From positions 15,936,001 through 16,000,000 of the forward strand of contig CM059433.1 of NCBI GenBank assembly GCA_030390025.1: a stretch of 64,000 bases of DNA, read 5' to 3'. The stretch's first letter is position 1, and each line of letters begins with the position of its first letter. The notes beneath the pieces were generated by a model. That model had not been told where the DNA came from and did no database searches. It worked only from the letters and a program-made list of their open reading frames with translations. The DNA is from Squalus acanthias. Taxonomy: Eukaryota. Made by a program: the position numbers and the translations under genes. Shown here in pieces: positions 13,345-25,469 of this stretch.

Positions 13345-14474
13345 ATGGCAGGGCAGCTCGGCAGTGTGGAGTGCTCCTCCTGTGCTATGTTGGAAGTCAG
13401 GGACACTTTAGGTGTCGAGGGCGAACACATCTGCAGGAAGTGTCTCCAGCTGCAGCTACTCAAAATCCGCGTTTCGGAGCTGGAGCTGCGGCTGGAGTCA
13501 CTGTGGAGCATCCGCGAAGCTGAGATCTTCGTGGATAGCATGTTTAACAAGGTGGTCACACCGCAGGTAAAGAGTGCACAGGCAGACAGAGAATGGGTGA
13601 CCACCAGACAGAGTAAAAGAACTAGGAAGGTAGTGCAGAAGTCCCCTGGGTCAATCTCCCTCTCCGACAGATTTTCCGTTTTGGATACTGATGGGGGAGA
13701 TGGTTTCTCAGGGGAATGCAGCAAGAGCCAAGTCCATGGCACTACGAGTGGCTCAGCTGCACAGGAGGGGAGGAAAAAGAGTGGGAGACCAATAGTGATA
13801 GGGGATTCTATCATAAGGGGAACAGATAGACGTTTCTGTGGCCGCAGACATGACTCCAGGATGGTATGTTGCCTCCCTGGTGCCAGGGTCAAGGATGTCA
13901 CTGAACGGCTGCAGGGCATTCTGAAGGGGGAGGGCGAACAGTCAGAGGTCGTGGTTCACATTGGTACCAACGACATGGGTAGAAAGAGGGATGAGGTCTT
14001 GCAACAAGAATTTAGGGAGCTAGGTAGCAGATTAAAAAGCAGGACCTCAAAGGTTGTAATCTCTGGATTACCCCCGGTGAGTATAGGAATAGGAGGATAG
14101 AGCAGATGAATGCGTGGCTAAAGAGTTGGTACAGGAGGGAGGGCTTTAGTTTCCTGGATCACTGGGTCTGCTTCTGGGGAAGGTGGGACCTGTACAAGTT
14201 GGACGGGTTGCACCTGAACTGCAACGGGACCAACATCCTTGCGGGGAGGTTTGCTAGTACTGTTGGGGGGGGGTTTAAACTAACTTGGCAGGGGGATGGG
14301 ATACCGAGTGGAGCTATAGTAGGGGCTGATGCACAGCCAAATATAGAGGAAAAAACAAGTCAGCCTGGAAGGCAGAGCAAATATGTAACGGCACAAGGGA
14401 GAATGGCAAGGCTGGATGGCATTTATTTTAATGCAAGGAGTCTTGCGAGTAAGGCAGATGAATTGAAGTGTTGA
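13345..14474 (+). pseudogene. CR1 ORF1: zinc finger, coiled coil and SGNH esterase domain; frameshift near 14075
   Basis: CSSC..CRKC; VIGDSIIRG, PGA, VHIGTND, DGLHLN spread over ORFs 13345-14100 and 14106-14474. Confidence 0.9.
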
Positions 14475-17281
14475 TGAACACATGGGAGTATGATATTGTT
14501 GCTATCACAGAGACATGGTTGAGGGAGGGGCAGGACTGGCAGCTCAATATTCCGGGGTATAGAATCTTCAGGCAAGACAGAGGTGGGTGTAAAAGAGGAG
14601 GGGGTGTTGCAATATTAATCAAGGAGTCAATTACTGCTGTAAGGAGGGATGATATCTTAGCAGGTTCCTCTAATGAGGCCATATGGGTAGAACTTAAAAA
14701 CAAAAAGGGGGCAAACACTTTGCTGGGAGTGTACTATAGGCCCCCAAACAGTCAGGGGGAGATAGAGGAACAGATATGTAGGCAAATCTCAGAGAAGTGT
14801 AGAAATAATAGGGTAATAATAGTAGGGGATTTCAACTTCCCCAATATTAACTGGGATAGTCAGAGTGTGAAAGGCTTAGAGGGTGCGGAATTCTTAAAGT
14901 GCATCCAGGAGAGCTTTTTGAGCCAGCATGTAGAAAGTCCTACAAGAGAGGGGGCAGTACTGGACCTAGTTCTAGGGAATGTAGCCGGGCAAGTGGTAGA
15001 AGTGTTAGTAGGAGAGCATTTTGGTGACAGTGACCATAATTCGGTGAGATTTAAGGTAGTCATGGAAAAGGACAAAGATGGACCGAAAATAAAGGTTCTA
15101 AATTGGGGGAAGGCCGATTTTAATATGATAAGGCAGGATCTGGCCAAAGTGGACTGGGATCAGCTACTTGTAGGAAAATCCACATCAGAGCAGTGGGAGT
15201 CTTTCAGAAAGGAAATAGAGAGAGTACAACGTCAACATGTTCCCGTAAAGGTCAAGGGTGGGACCAACAAGCCCAGGGAACCCTGGATGTCAAGGGATAT
15301 ACAAGAATGGATTAGGAAAAAAAGGGAGGCTTTTGGCAGATACAAAGGACTAAAAACAGTGGAAGCCCGAGAGGAGTATAGAAAGTGCAGAGGGGTACTT
15401 AAAAAAGAAATTAGGAGAGCGGAGAGGGGACATGAAATAACACTGGCGGGCAAAATAAAGGAAAATCCCAAGGTGTTTTATAAGTATATTAAGGGCAAGA
15501 GGATAACCAGGGAAAGAGTAGGGCCCATTAGGGACCAAAGTGGCAATCTGTGTGTAGAGCCAGAAGATGTAGGTGGGGTTTTAAATGAATATTTTGCATC
15601 TGTGTTCACTATGGAGAAGGACGATGTAGGCATAGAAATCAGGCAGGGGGATTGTGATATACTTGAACAAATTAGTTTTGAGAGGGAGGAGGTACTAACG
15701 GTTTTAGCGGGCTTAAAAGTGGATAAATCCCCAGGCCCAGACGAGATGTATCCCAGGCTGCTGTGTGAGGCAAGGGAGGAGATTGCAGGGGCTCTGACAC
15801 AAATTTTCAGAACCTCTCTGGCCACAGGGGAGGTGCCAGAGGACTGGAGAACAGCTAGCGTAGTACCATTATTCAAGAAGGGTAGTAGGGATAAACAAGG
15901 GAATTACAGGCCAGTGAGCCTAACATCAGTGGTAGGGAAATTATTGGAAAAAATTCTGAGGGACAGAATTAGTCTCCACTTGGAGAGGCAAGGATTAATC
16001 AAGGATAGTCAGCATGGCTTTGTCAGGGGGAGATCATGTCTGACCAATTTGATTGAATTTTTCGAGGGGGTGACTAGGTGTGTGGATGAGGGTAGTGCAG
16101 TTGATGTGGTCTACATGGACTTCAGTAAGGCTTTTGACTAAGTCCCGCATGGGAGACTGGTCAAGAAGGTAAGAGCCCATGGGATCCAGGGCAACTTGGC
16201 ACATTGGATCCAAAATTGGCTTAGTGGCAGGAGGCAGAGGGTGATGGTCGAAGGTTGTTTTTGTGACTTGAAGCCTGTGTCCAGTGGTGCACTGCAGGGA
16301 TCAGTGCTGGGTCCTTTGCTGTTTGTAGTGTACATTAATGATTTCGATATGAATGTCGGAGGTATGATCAGTAAGTTCGCAGATGACACGAAAATTGGTG
16401 GGGTGGTAAATAGCGAGGAGGGAAGCCTCAGGCTACAGGACAATATAGATGGGTTAGTCAGATGGGCAGAACAGTGGCAAATGGAATTTAACCCTGAAAA
16501 GTGTGAGGTGATGCATTTTGGGAGGACTAACAAGGCAAGGGAATACACAATGAATGGTAGGACCCTAGGAAGGACAGAGGATCAGAGGGACCTTGGTGTG
16601 CATGTACATAGATCCCTGAAGGCAGCAGGACAGGTAGATGAGGTGGTTAAAAAGGCATATGGGATACTTGCCTTCATTAGCTGAGGCATAGAATATAAGA
16701 GCAGGGAGGTTATGATGGAGCTGTACAAAACGCTAGTTAGGCCACAGCTGGAATACTGTGTGCAGTTCTGGTCGCCACACTATAGGAAGGATGTGATTGC
16801 ATTGGAGAGGGTGCAGAGGAGATTCACCAGGATGTTACCTGGACTGCAGCGCTTCAGCTATGAAGAGAGACTGGACAGGCTGGGGTTGTTTTCCTTAGAG
16901 CAGAGAAGGCTGAGAGTGGACCTGATTGAGGTGTACAAAATTGTGAGGGGCATAGATAGGGTAGATAGAAAGGAACTTTTCCCCTTAGTAGAGGGGTCAA
17001 TAACCAGGGGGCATAGTTTCAAGGTAAGGGGCAGGAGGTTTAGAGGGGATTTGAGGAAAAACTTTTTCACCCAGAGGATGGTTGGAATCTGGAACTCACT
17101 GCCTGAAAGGGTGGTAGAGGCAGGAACCCTCACAACATTCAAGAAGTATTTAGATGAGCACTTGAAACGCCATAGAATACAAGGCTACGGACCAAGTGCT
17201 GGAAAATGGGGTTACAATAGACAGGGCTTGATGGCCGGTGCGGACATGATGGGCCGAAGCGCCTCTTTCTGTGCTGTATAA
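14402..17281 (+). pseudogene. CR1 ORF2: APE endonuclease and reverse transcriptase; frameshift ~14468, stops at 16139 and 16682
   Basis: NARSL, ITETWL, YYRPP, GDFN, SDHN; NYRPVSLTS, QHGF, DFSKAFD, QGSVLGP, KFADDTK. Confidence 0.95.
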
Positions 17282-17295
17282 CTCTATGACTCTAT

Positions 17296-18194
17296 GGGGG
17301 CGAAATTCAGTATCGCCCCATTTGGGGAGCAATTATCGGCCGGGCGCAAAGATTAGCGCCTGGCGCTAATTATCGCCACGGACTGCAAACCTGACTTTTA
17401 TCGCCCCTGGAGGTGATTGGAGCGCTAAATCAGGCGCTTCACACCTGTCTTAAGGCGCAAAGGCCGAGGAGTGAGGCGCTACCTCAGAGCGCTGGCGAAG
17501 CTCATGTGATGTCAGTCAGCAATGGAATACACACACAATGGCATGGGCCAGTTCTTAAAGGGGATGGTTGATCTTGCTTTCCATCCACATCCTACTCACT
17601 GCAGCCTTGAATCTCGGCCTGGAGAGACCTGCACATCAAATCTGCTGGAAGGAACAATGGAGAGTACCAGGCAAAGAGCTCAGAGTGCACCCCCCACAAT
17701 CTCTTCAAAATCGATACAATGAATGGCAAATCAAAATGAACCTGCAAAGTGCTGCTCAGTACCCAAAACTCCTTCACACAGCGTTGAATCTCTCCAGAAG
17801 TCTCTCTCTCTCTCTCTCTCTCTCAGAATGCGTGGTTCAAAAATGGCACCAACAATAAAAGGCAGGAAGCGGTCGCCTTTAAATAGCGCTCCCCCAGTCC
17901 CTTCATGACTGCAAAACACTCCCCTCAACCTGTCGTTGCTAGGGTCAGGCGGTAAGGCCGGGGGCGCCACTCAATATCCGCTCCGGGGCGATACCGGGGC
18001 GTTGCGCACTCGAGTGATGTCATGATCTGCCGGCGCAGGAGATCATGGCGGTAGTGTTTAGCGCTGCTGCAAAATGTCTAGTTAATTTCGCGAGCGGCGC
18101 AAACATCGCCGCGCCTGGGCGCTAGATGCTTTGCGCCCCATTAGCGCCCTCATATGGCGCGAACGGGAGGCGCAACCAACTGAATTTTCCCCCC
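17296..18194. mobile_element. Harbinger-type MITE inserted in the CR1 3' tail
   Basis: 15-bp TIR gggggcgaaattcag / ctgaattttcccccc; TSD TAT at 17293-17295 and 18195-18197. Confidence 0.88.
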
Positions 18195-18989
18195 TATGAC
18201 TCTATTGCCTAGTGCGACCCGGGGCTCAGTTGGGCCAGCAGGGATCGGAGTGCTGGCAAAAGAGCCCGGCACTCAAGAGAAGTGCCAGGCTCACTGAGCG
18301 CAGCCGGCACTCCGCAGGGGGGGGCTGAAGAGGAGGCCGGGGACGGCAACGGGGGCAGGTGCTGGCAGACGGCCAGCAACAAAAATGGCCGCCCGGCACC
18401 CTGCCTTTAATTAGCACCGCCCCGGCCGCAGGTAGGCTCCCTTAACCCAGACATAGCGTTCGGCGGTAAGTCAGGGGGCGCTACCGAAGATCGCGGCTGG
18501 GGCACTGCGCACGGTGATGACGTCATCGCCGGCGGCGCAGCACCGCGGGGCACTAACGGTTACCGCCACTGCTAACCTTCCGCTGAATTTTGCGGGAGGC
18601 ATTGGCGGCATCATGCCCGGGCGCTAGTTGCTTTGCGCCCCATTAGCACCCTCTTAGGTCACTAACGGGAGGTGCAAAGCAACCGAATTTTTCCCCCTAG
18701 CTCTCTGAGGGACTATTATGGGTTACCAGGGTGTGGTACCACTGCAGGGAACTGAGCTCTTGTAAGCTCTATAAATAGTCTCACTTAGAATCAGTTTATG
18801 CGCCCTTGCTGTTGGTCAAGAGTATAAGCCATTTTGGCAGTCTGAAAAATAAAGTACTATTCGGTGAGTCTGTGCTGGATTTCTTTTCACTAAAATAATT
18901 GTAAAATAACTGCACTAAAGTCAATTCATGCCCATGAAAGCAGCATTGAGAAACCCCCAGCAACTTGATTCCTTGACCCATGATATTTG

Positions 18990-19682
18990 CCTTCACCTCC
19001 CCGTCCTCCTCCCCTTCCCCTCCCTCCCTCCACCCCCCTGTCCCCTCCCCTTACCCTCCTCCCCTCCACTCCCCTGTCCCCCTCCCCTTCCCCTCCCTCC
19101 CTCCACCCCCCTGACCCCTCCCCTTCCCCTCCCTCCCTCCACTCCCCTGTCCCCCTCCCCTTCCCCTCCCTCCCTCCACCCCCCTGACCCCCTCCCCTTC
19201 CCCTCCCTCCCTCCACCCCCCTGTCCCCTCCCCTTACCCTCCCTCCCTCCAATCCCCTGATCCCCTCCCCTTCCCCCCCTCCCCCCACTCCCCTGTCCCC
19301 CTCCCCTTACCCTCCTCCCCTCCACCCCCCTGACCCCTCCCCTTCCCCTCCCTCCCTCCACCCCCCTGTCCCCTCCCCTTCCCCTCCTCCCCTCCACTCC
19401 CCTGTCCCCCTCCCCTTCCCCTCCTCCCCTCCACTCCCCTGTCCCCTCCCCTTCCCCTCCCTCCCTCCAATCCCCTGTCCCCCTCCCCTTCCCCTCCTCC
19501 CCTCCACTCCCCTGTCCCCCTCCCCTTACCCTCCCTCCCTCCACTCCCCTTTCCACCACCCGTTCCCCTCCCCCAGCCCCTTCCACTTCCCCATCCCCTT
19601 TCCCTCCCCCACTTCCCTTCCCTTTTCCTCCACCCCCCTACCCTTCTGCTCCCTTGTACCCCTCCCTCGTCCCCCTTCCCCA
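18990..19682. repeat. C-rich polypyrimidine minisatellite (~34-39 bp unit)
   Basis: Repeats of cccctccccttcccctccctccctccacccccctgt and variants. Confidence 0.95.
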
Positions 19683-20170
19683 GATAAACTGTTGTCTTGC
19701 CTTGTACTAATGTCTATCCAAAGTGAGTATGGAAGTATAGCCTAAGGCTACACTTAATCCAGTCTGTTTCACGCACTCTGTAGGGGCAGAACCAGGGAAG
19801 ATAAAGATTCAGATCATAAAGAATATATCGGCACAGGGACTGTCATCAAGCCACTGAATGAGTGAATAGTGTAGAAGTTGAAACCATAACAAATTGGCTT
19901 AGCAGATGGTAAAGTATAAAACTTGAATCTAACAGAAAAAAATGTTCTTACCATAAGTCCACAAGCGTGACCCCGAGCTTCCAGTCGCTTGCCATTTTAA
20001 TTCTACATCCCACTCTGACCTCTCTGTCTTGGCCTCATACACTGTTCCGATGAAGCTCAATGGAAGCTCAAGGAACAGTACCTCATCTTTCGTTTCGGCA
20101 CTTTAGAGCCTTCTGGACTCAACACTGAGTTCAACAATTTCAGATCATTACCACTGCTCCCATTTTTTCG

Positions 20171-20383
20171 TGATGCGGAGATGCCGGTGTTGGACTGGGG
20201 TGGACAAAAGTGAGAAGTCGCACAACACCAGGTTATAGTCCAACAGCTTTACTTGAAATCACAAGCTTTCGGAGCGCTGCTCCTTCGTCAGGTGAAGTGA
20301 CGAAGGAGCAGCGCTCCGAAAGCTTGTGATTTCAAATAAAGCTGTTGGACTATAACCTGGTGTTGTGCGACTTCTCACTTTTG
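20171..20383. mobile_element. 213-bp palindromic Penelope-derived insertion with 12-bp TSD
   Basis: Arms 20205-20290 and 20298-20383 (86 bp, one mismatch), 7-bp spacer; cccattttttcg at 20159-20170 and 20384-20395. Confidence 0.88.
20259..20295 (-). ncRNA. Minimal type I hammerhead ribozyme (Penelope type)
   Basis: ucac CUGACGA a ggagc-agc-gcucc GAAA GC UU guga: stem I ucac/guga, stem II, loopless palindromic stem III. Confidence 0.8.
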
Positions 20384-20556
20384 CCCATTTTTTCGGACAT
20401 CAGGTTCTGGTAATGGTTCTGCTATTCCCTCCTCTCAACCCATCTTTTGTTTCTTTAATAAAAACAGAAAATGCTGAGAATACTCAGCAGGACAGGTAGC
20501 ATCTGTGGAGAGAGAAATAGAGTTAACGTCTCCGGTCGATGACCCTTCGTCAAGCC

Positions 20557-20593
20557 AGTTCTGATGAAAGGTCACCGACCTGAAACGTTAACT
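20557..20593 (+). ncRNA. Minimal type I hammerhead ribozyme (second Penelope family)
   Basis: aguu CUGAUGA a agguc-acc-gaccu GAAA CG UU aacu: stem I aguu/aacu. Confidence 0.8.
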
Positions 20594-21374
20594 CTCTGTT
20601 TCTCTCTCCACAGATGCTGCCTGACCTGCTGAGTATTTCCAGCATTTTCTGTTTTTATATCAGATTTCCAGCATCCGCAGTATTTTGCTTTTGTGGCTTT
20701 TGTGGCAATGGGACAAGTATGCACAAGTATGCATTTGTCCCATTGCCACCCCCTTTGCCTTGCACCATCATCCCTTTTGTCTTTTAATCACTCCTGCCTT
20801 CCACCTTTCCCTTTTGTTCTTTCCTTCCCCCTCCCTTTCCCTGCCTCAGTACGTGCATAAAAACTGTTAACATCTCTAACTACTTCCAGTTCTGACGAAA
20901 GATCGTCGACCTGAAATGTTAATTCGCCACAGATGCTGCCTGAACTGCTAAGTATTTCCAGAATTTTCTGTTTTTATTGAAGATTTGCCGCATCCTATCC
21001 CTCTGCCACTTTCAAAATATCCTTTTTACAGTGAGAAAAATTCGACAAGTTCTCCAGTTTAGTCGGTAAGATTTTTATTTTCCCTGCCTCCTTCAAGAAA
21101 AGCAACTTTATTTTCATGGGTCAAGACTTTTGTACCCTTCTCACAGTGATCTCCTTAATGATGTTAAGACGAGCTTTGTTCTTTACCATCGTTTTAGCCT
21201 CAAGCTTAGTCAAAGTCTTAATTTTATTTAGGCCCTATAAATGTGCATCTGTTGAGGTTTTTCCAAACCATAATGTCATGACCACACTGGAGTATGGTTC
21301 TGTGGTGTTCTGCAGTTCTCTGGTGCCACATCTAAATTGGCAGCTTTCATGGATCAGCCTTGAGCGTGAATGTC

Positions 21375-21570
21375 AGATGAAATCCAGATTGGGCTTGGCC
21401 TGTGATTAAGTCCCGCTGGATGAACAGTTTGCCAGTACTCACTGTCAAAACTCACCTATAAGTAATGTTTACTTGTTTAAAGTAATAGAGGGTGAGCATG
21501 TCCATTAAACTGTACTCCAGAAAAGGAGTCAATGGCTGTAGTAGAGGAGGGGAGAAAATTGGAAAGAAAA
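21375..21570 (+). mobile_element. LF-SINE-like 3' half
   Basis: attgggcttggcctgtgat...actcactgtcaaaactcac...gagtcaa...agaggaggggagaaaatt; similar to 30588-30790. Confidence 0.65.
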
Positions 21571-21639
21571 ACCTAAAAGCAATAGGAATCCAGTATATAA
21601 AAATGGAACGTATAAGAAACTGGTTTTAGGAAATGGGGA

Positions 21640-22520
21640 ATGGTTTAACATCGGACCAGGTGAAGTGTTGAATGGGGACTCATGAGAACCCACATTGTTT
21701 ATAATTTACATAAATGGATACTGAAGCAAACTATAAGATAGCCAATTTGTTGATGATACAAAAATAGGGAGAGTTAGTAGAGACAGAGGATATAGCTAAA
21801 GGTTTTCAAATTGACTTAGATTGAATGTGCAATTGGGCAGACAAATGACAAATTAAATTTTAACACTGATAAATTAAAGTATAGCACATATTGAAAAACT
21901 GCAGGTCATAAATATACAATGGATCTAATTTAATTTAGCACAGGGAGACGTGGGAGTAATAGTAGACTGGCCACTTTCAATGACCAGACATTGTGGTGAA
22001 GCAATTAAATAAGCTAAGATACATACCTAGATCAGTATAATACAATTCTACAAAAGTTATGCTAAAGATTTGGAAAGTACTGGTTAGACTATACCTAAGG
22101 ATAAATTCAGTGATTCTGCACCCCCAGCATTGACCCACACTTGAATAGAGCGTGGGTCAGAGAATTAGAACAACATTGGGTCAAAGCTAGAAGTAAAAAT
22201 GCTGGATTTATCTGTTGGACTTCAGTTTTAGACAACATGCTGGACAAAAGATATGGGTGCCTTGGAAATGATACAGAAAAGAGCAACAGGACAGATCCCA
22301 AATGTAAAGGAGAGGAGCTATGAGAAAAGCTTAAGCTTTGCAGTCTAGAAAGAAGGCAGCTAAGAAGAAATATTGAAGTAAATAAATAATAAATGATATA
22401 AATAAAATAAACCCAAATTATTACTTCAGAGTAAGCCAGGAAATTAAGCCAAAGGGCATAAAAAATAGCGAAAGGTAAGTTTAAACTAGGAAGATCTTTC
22501 TTACTTGAAGAAAGGGGAAG
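21640..22520 (+). mobile_element. Old CR1 RT 3' fragment
   Basis: FVDDTKIG, W..KW..KFN, GDVGVIVD, LERRQLRR remnants. Confidence 0.7.
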
Positions 22521-23494
22521 ATTAGCAGGCAGTAGAAGAACGTTGGAATTGTTCACGGTACAGTTGAATGCTCTGATGGGAGAGTTAGGCTACAAGGCAG
22601 ATAAACTTTAATGGGCAGAATAACTTTTATCTCATCTCTAACTTTCATCTTTCTTACTTGAGTCCTTGTTTTAAATGCTGCAAATTTTGAAGAAAGTACT
22701 GTGGAATTGCAGCTCAGGTGGCATTGATCAGCCATGGTCTGAATCAGAAACTGGTCATTTCTATGACTAAACAGATGACCTAAATAGGTTGAACTAATCA
22801 TAAGTACAAAGCAAGCAGCAAGTGATTGTAGCTAAGATTAAACAGGGAGGTATTCATAAAATATAAAAGTCCAACCTCTCCGTGAACTCGGGAGCAATAA
22901 TTCAGAGATTGAAGTGCTCATTTTTTATGGGGTTTTCGTACCTAATCTATATCCTAAAAGCACATCTGCATTCAAATTTTATGCAGAATGCCAATTCATT
23001 AATAGTAGCGAAGGGGACACAGTGCCTGGTTCTGTTTTAAAAATCTGTGCATGAAATATTAAAGCTTATCATTCATGCACGGCAGAGAAGTGTTCCATTT
23101 GCAAGTGTATGGTTCTATTTGCATTTTTTTTTTCATTTGTACTGGGTGTTCTGACCTAACCAATGTGGCTCCCTACTTGAAATGAGTTTGACACCTTTGG
23201 TCTAAATGGACAAAATTGATTTGCCATGCAATCAGCTATTCACTCTCATCCTCTTTTACTGGAGCACATTTGTGAAGTCTGCCTTTTCAAATAGTTATAC
23301 ACTATCTGTTGCTTCGTACAACTGCGCACAAATTCAGTAGCTATGCATGTATCGAAGCAATCTCTGAATGCAGCCAAGGAATGCAATTAATTTTTATAAT
23401 TATGCAGTTGAAACAGAATTGATAAATTCTGCGCCATCTCCATGCTGTTTTAGACAGGCGTCTTTGTTCCCTGGAGTTTCTACTCAAATTCTTT

Positions 23495-23590
23495 TCTTTT
23501 ATTCATTCGCGGGATATGGGTGTCGCTAACAAGACTGGCATTCACTGCCCGTTGCTAGTTGCCTTTGAGAAGGTGGCGGTGGACCTTCTT
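23495..23590 (-). mobile_element. CR1-group LINE 3' tail
   Basis: Matches 43295-43390. Confidence 0.7.
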
Positions 23591-25178
23591 CGGCGAAGCA
23601 TTTCCTCAGAGTTCTACAGGATTAGCTTTCACCCAGTTTTGCTGATAAATACAGATTCTATTATTTAGCTGTTTGTAATTGCAAAAAGGCAGCATTTCAC
23701 TCGGGAGATTCCCTTTAACTGGTCGCCCATTTTAAAGGTTTTGGTCTATGATTTGTGACCTTGAAGTATGAGTGCAAACGGTCTGCCAGGTTTGTAGTAG
23801 CTTCTGTGGTCAGTGGGCATGACACATGTATTCTTTTATCAATTTGAAGAAGAGCAGGAAGTCGGGGTGCTTTCATGTCCTGGCCTCAAAATAAAGTTCT
23901 CCCTGCCTTTAAAGGCACGATAGACAGAAAATGATGCAGAGGTTGTCATGTCATCAGTTCATGCTGTTAACGTATTTTAATAACGCTCCCACCTATTCCT
24001 GGCGGGATTTTTAATGAACCCACCCATATTGCCGTTGGAAATGCATATTAAGTGCAAAATGGGCAGAGATCGGGCATCGTAGATCTCTGGCCCCTTTTAC
24101 CACTTTGTTATGTCTGTGTGCACCAGTTTATGGGTTGGGAGCGGGGGGGGGTCGAGGGGGGGTGATAGTAGATGAAAATTACCTCCATCATGCTTCAGCG
24201 TCACCCCACCTTCTTGTGCAGATGGTGGCCTCAGAGTATTTTTTGTTTTTTAAGAAATTTGATACAGTTGTATTTTTCTTCAGCTGAATGCTTGATAAGC
24301 CTTGTTTTCACGTGCTTCCCTCAAGTAAAAATAAAGAGCATGTGTTTTCTCAATTTTGATAAGTACTGAATAAAGGTACAGTTTTGTTCAGCAATAGGAG
24401 GTCCTATTAAAAGATTCCTACTATATAATTTAGTCTTTCAAATGCTGTCTGAAACCTACAATTATTAGTATTAATGAAGCTTGGGTACCTGCTTTGGTCT
24501 ATTATACTTTATTGTACAACATATTGTCAATAAGCAACAACTTCAAGTATTTTCATGAGAAGCTAAAATTGTATAACTATTTTTACATAATTATCTGTTT
24601 CGCTCTGAGTATTTTCTTTGCACTTTTCAAAATACTTGCTTATTTAATGTTACCTGTCATCTGACGAAAAATGCTGTGCAAATGTGCAGTTGTTAAAAGC
24701 AAAATTCTGGAACTGCAGAGCACTCTAAAAAGGCAGCTGTAGGATTGTTCTGTGCAGCTGTTGAGGCTACTTGGGCGGGCAGTGTGGGTTAATTATATAC
24801 ATTTGCAACCCAACTAGTAGCATGCAATTTAGCTGATTTACTACTGTAAATTTAATACTAACAGAAAGCTAAGTGACCAAACAATACATTTTCAATCATT
24901 GTTTTAACTAACCAAAAATTAGACTCTCGCTGACAACCACCACCGCCACTCTTCTCTGACTCTTTTAGGGTTCTGGAAAAAGATGTTGAACTTAACATGG
25001 AGTTGGGTTGTCTCGATGAAACCAACATTAATGGTCAAAGACCCAGAGCCCATAGCACCACCTAGAAAGGGATGGGTGGCGCACGTGACTGCAATCTTCT
25101 GCAAATATCAGCAATGATATCAAAAATGCATGTTTGCTTTCAAAGGTACTGGAAGAGGATCTCTGACTCTGAAACGCT

Positions 25179-25332
25179 GGGGGTAATTTTGGCTTCAGGC
25201 GACAGTGTAAAACAGGAAATATTGATCCAGCCGAATTAAGTCAATGGAGATGAGAATCCGGAGATGTATAACGGGCGGCTGTAATCCATAATCGCCCATT
25301 TTACACTATTGCCCAAAGTCAAAGTTACCCCC
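25179..25332. mobile_element. Short hairpin MITE
   Basis: gggggtaattttggctt..agtgtaaaa / ttttacact..aagtcaaagttaccccc; related copies at 42854-42979 and 54085-54190. Confidence 0.75.
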
Positions 25333-25469
25333 ACTGATGCCTAGAGATAAGTAACTTTCTTGCCTTACAGTCTGTGAAGGAGTTGCTGATTTTGAAATGT
25401 GCACATATGAAAGACAATGCAGAAAACAAACCGTGCTGCTCAAGACAAGTATAAAGAAAGAAGAAAGAA

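Larger units (their letters stand above)
13005..18206 (+). mobile_element. Near full-length CR1 LINE
   Basis: 5' UTR, ORF1, ORF2 and (actctatg)n tail; the tail is split by MITE 17296-18194; 5' boundary approximate. Confidence 0.95.
12779..18697. mobile_element. Harbinger-type MITE (own sequence ~12779-13000 and ~18207-18697) hosting the CR1
   Basis: TIR gggggtaaaatt / aatttttccccc; 3-bp TSD TAG at 12776-12778 and 18698-18700. Confidence 0.85.
7715..18760 (-). mobile_element. Old L2 RT fragment split into three pieces (7715-7768, 12569-12778, 18698-~18760)
   Basis: MYPDNSQL (YADD-like), WMSQNSLQLKIGKTKAI continues as VFSP across the Harbinger insertion; VPQ..LSPFLF joins across the 12779-18697 insertion. 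Confidence 0.75.
19960..20980 (+). mobile_element. Penelope-like element 3' part: GIY-YIG endonuclease C-terminus plus terminal repeats
   Basis: PVACHFN..HSDLSV ... KLKEQYLIFRFGTLEPSGLNTEFNNF (~19980-20150); hammerhead-bearing repeats at 20459-20658 (hairpin) and 20888-20980. Confidence 0.85.

Noticed and set aside
18926..19586. Gly/Arg/Glu-rich and Pro-rich ORFs
   Set aside because: Translations of the C-rich minisatellite.
20205..20383. CRISPR-like repeat or prokaryotic terminator
   Set aside because: Single inverted repeat in vertebrate context, explained by Penelope terminal repeats; no repeat-spacer array anywhere in the window.
24969..25065. Possible terminal coding exon after ttttag (VLEKDVELNMELGCLDETN..)
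   Set aside because: Short, no recognisable homology and no partner exons.
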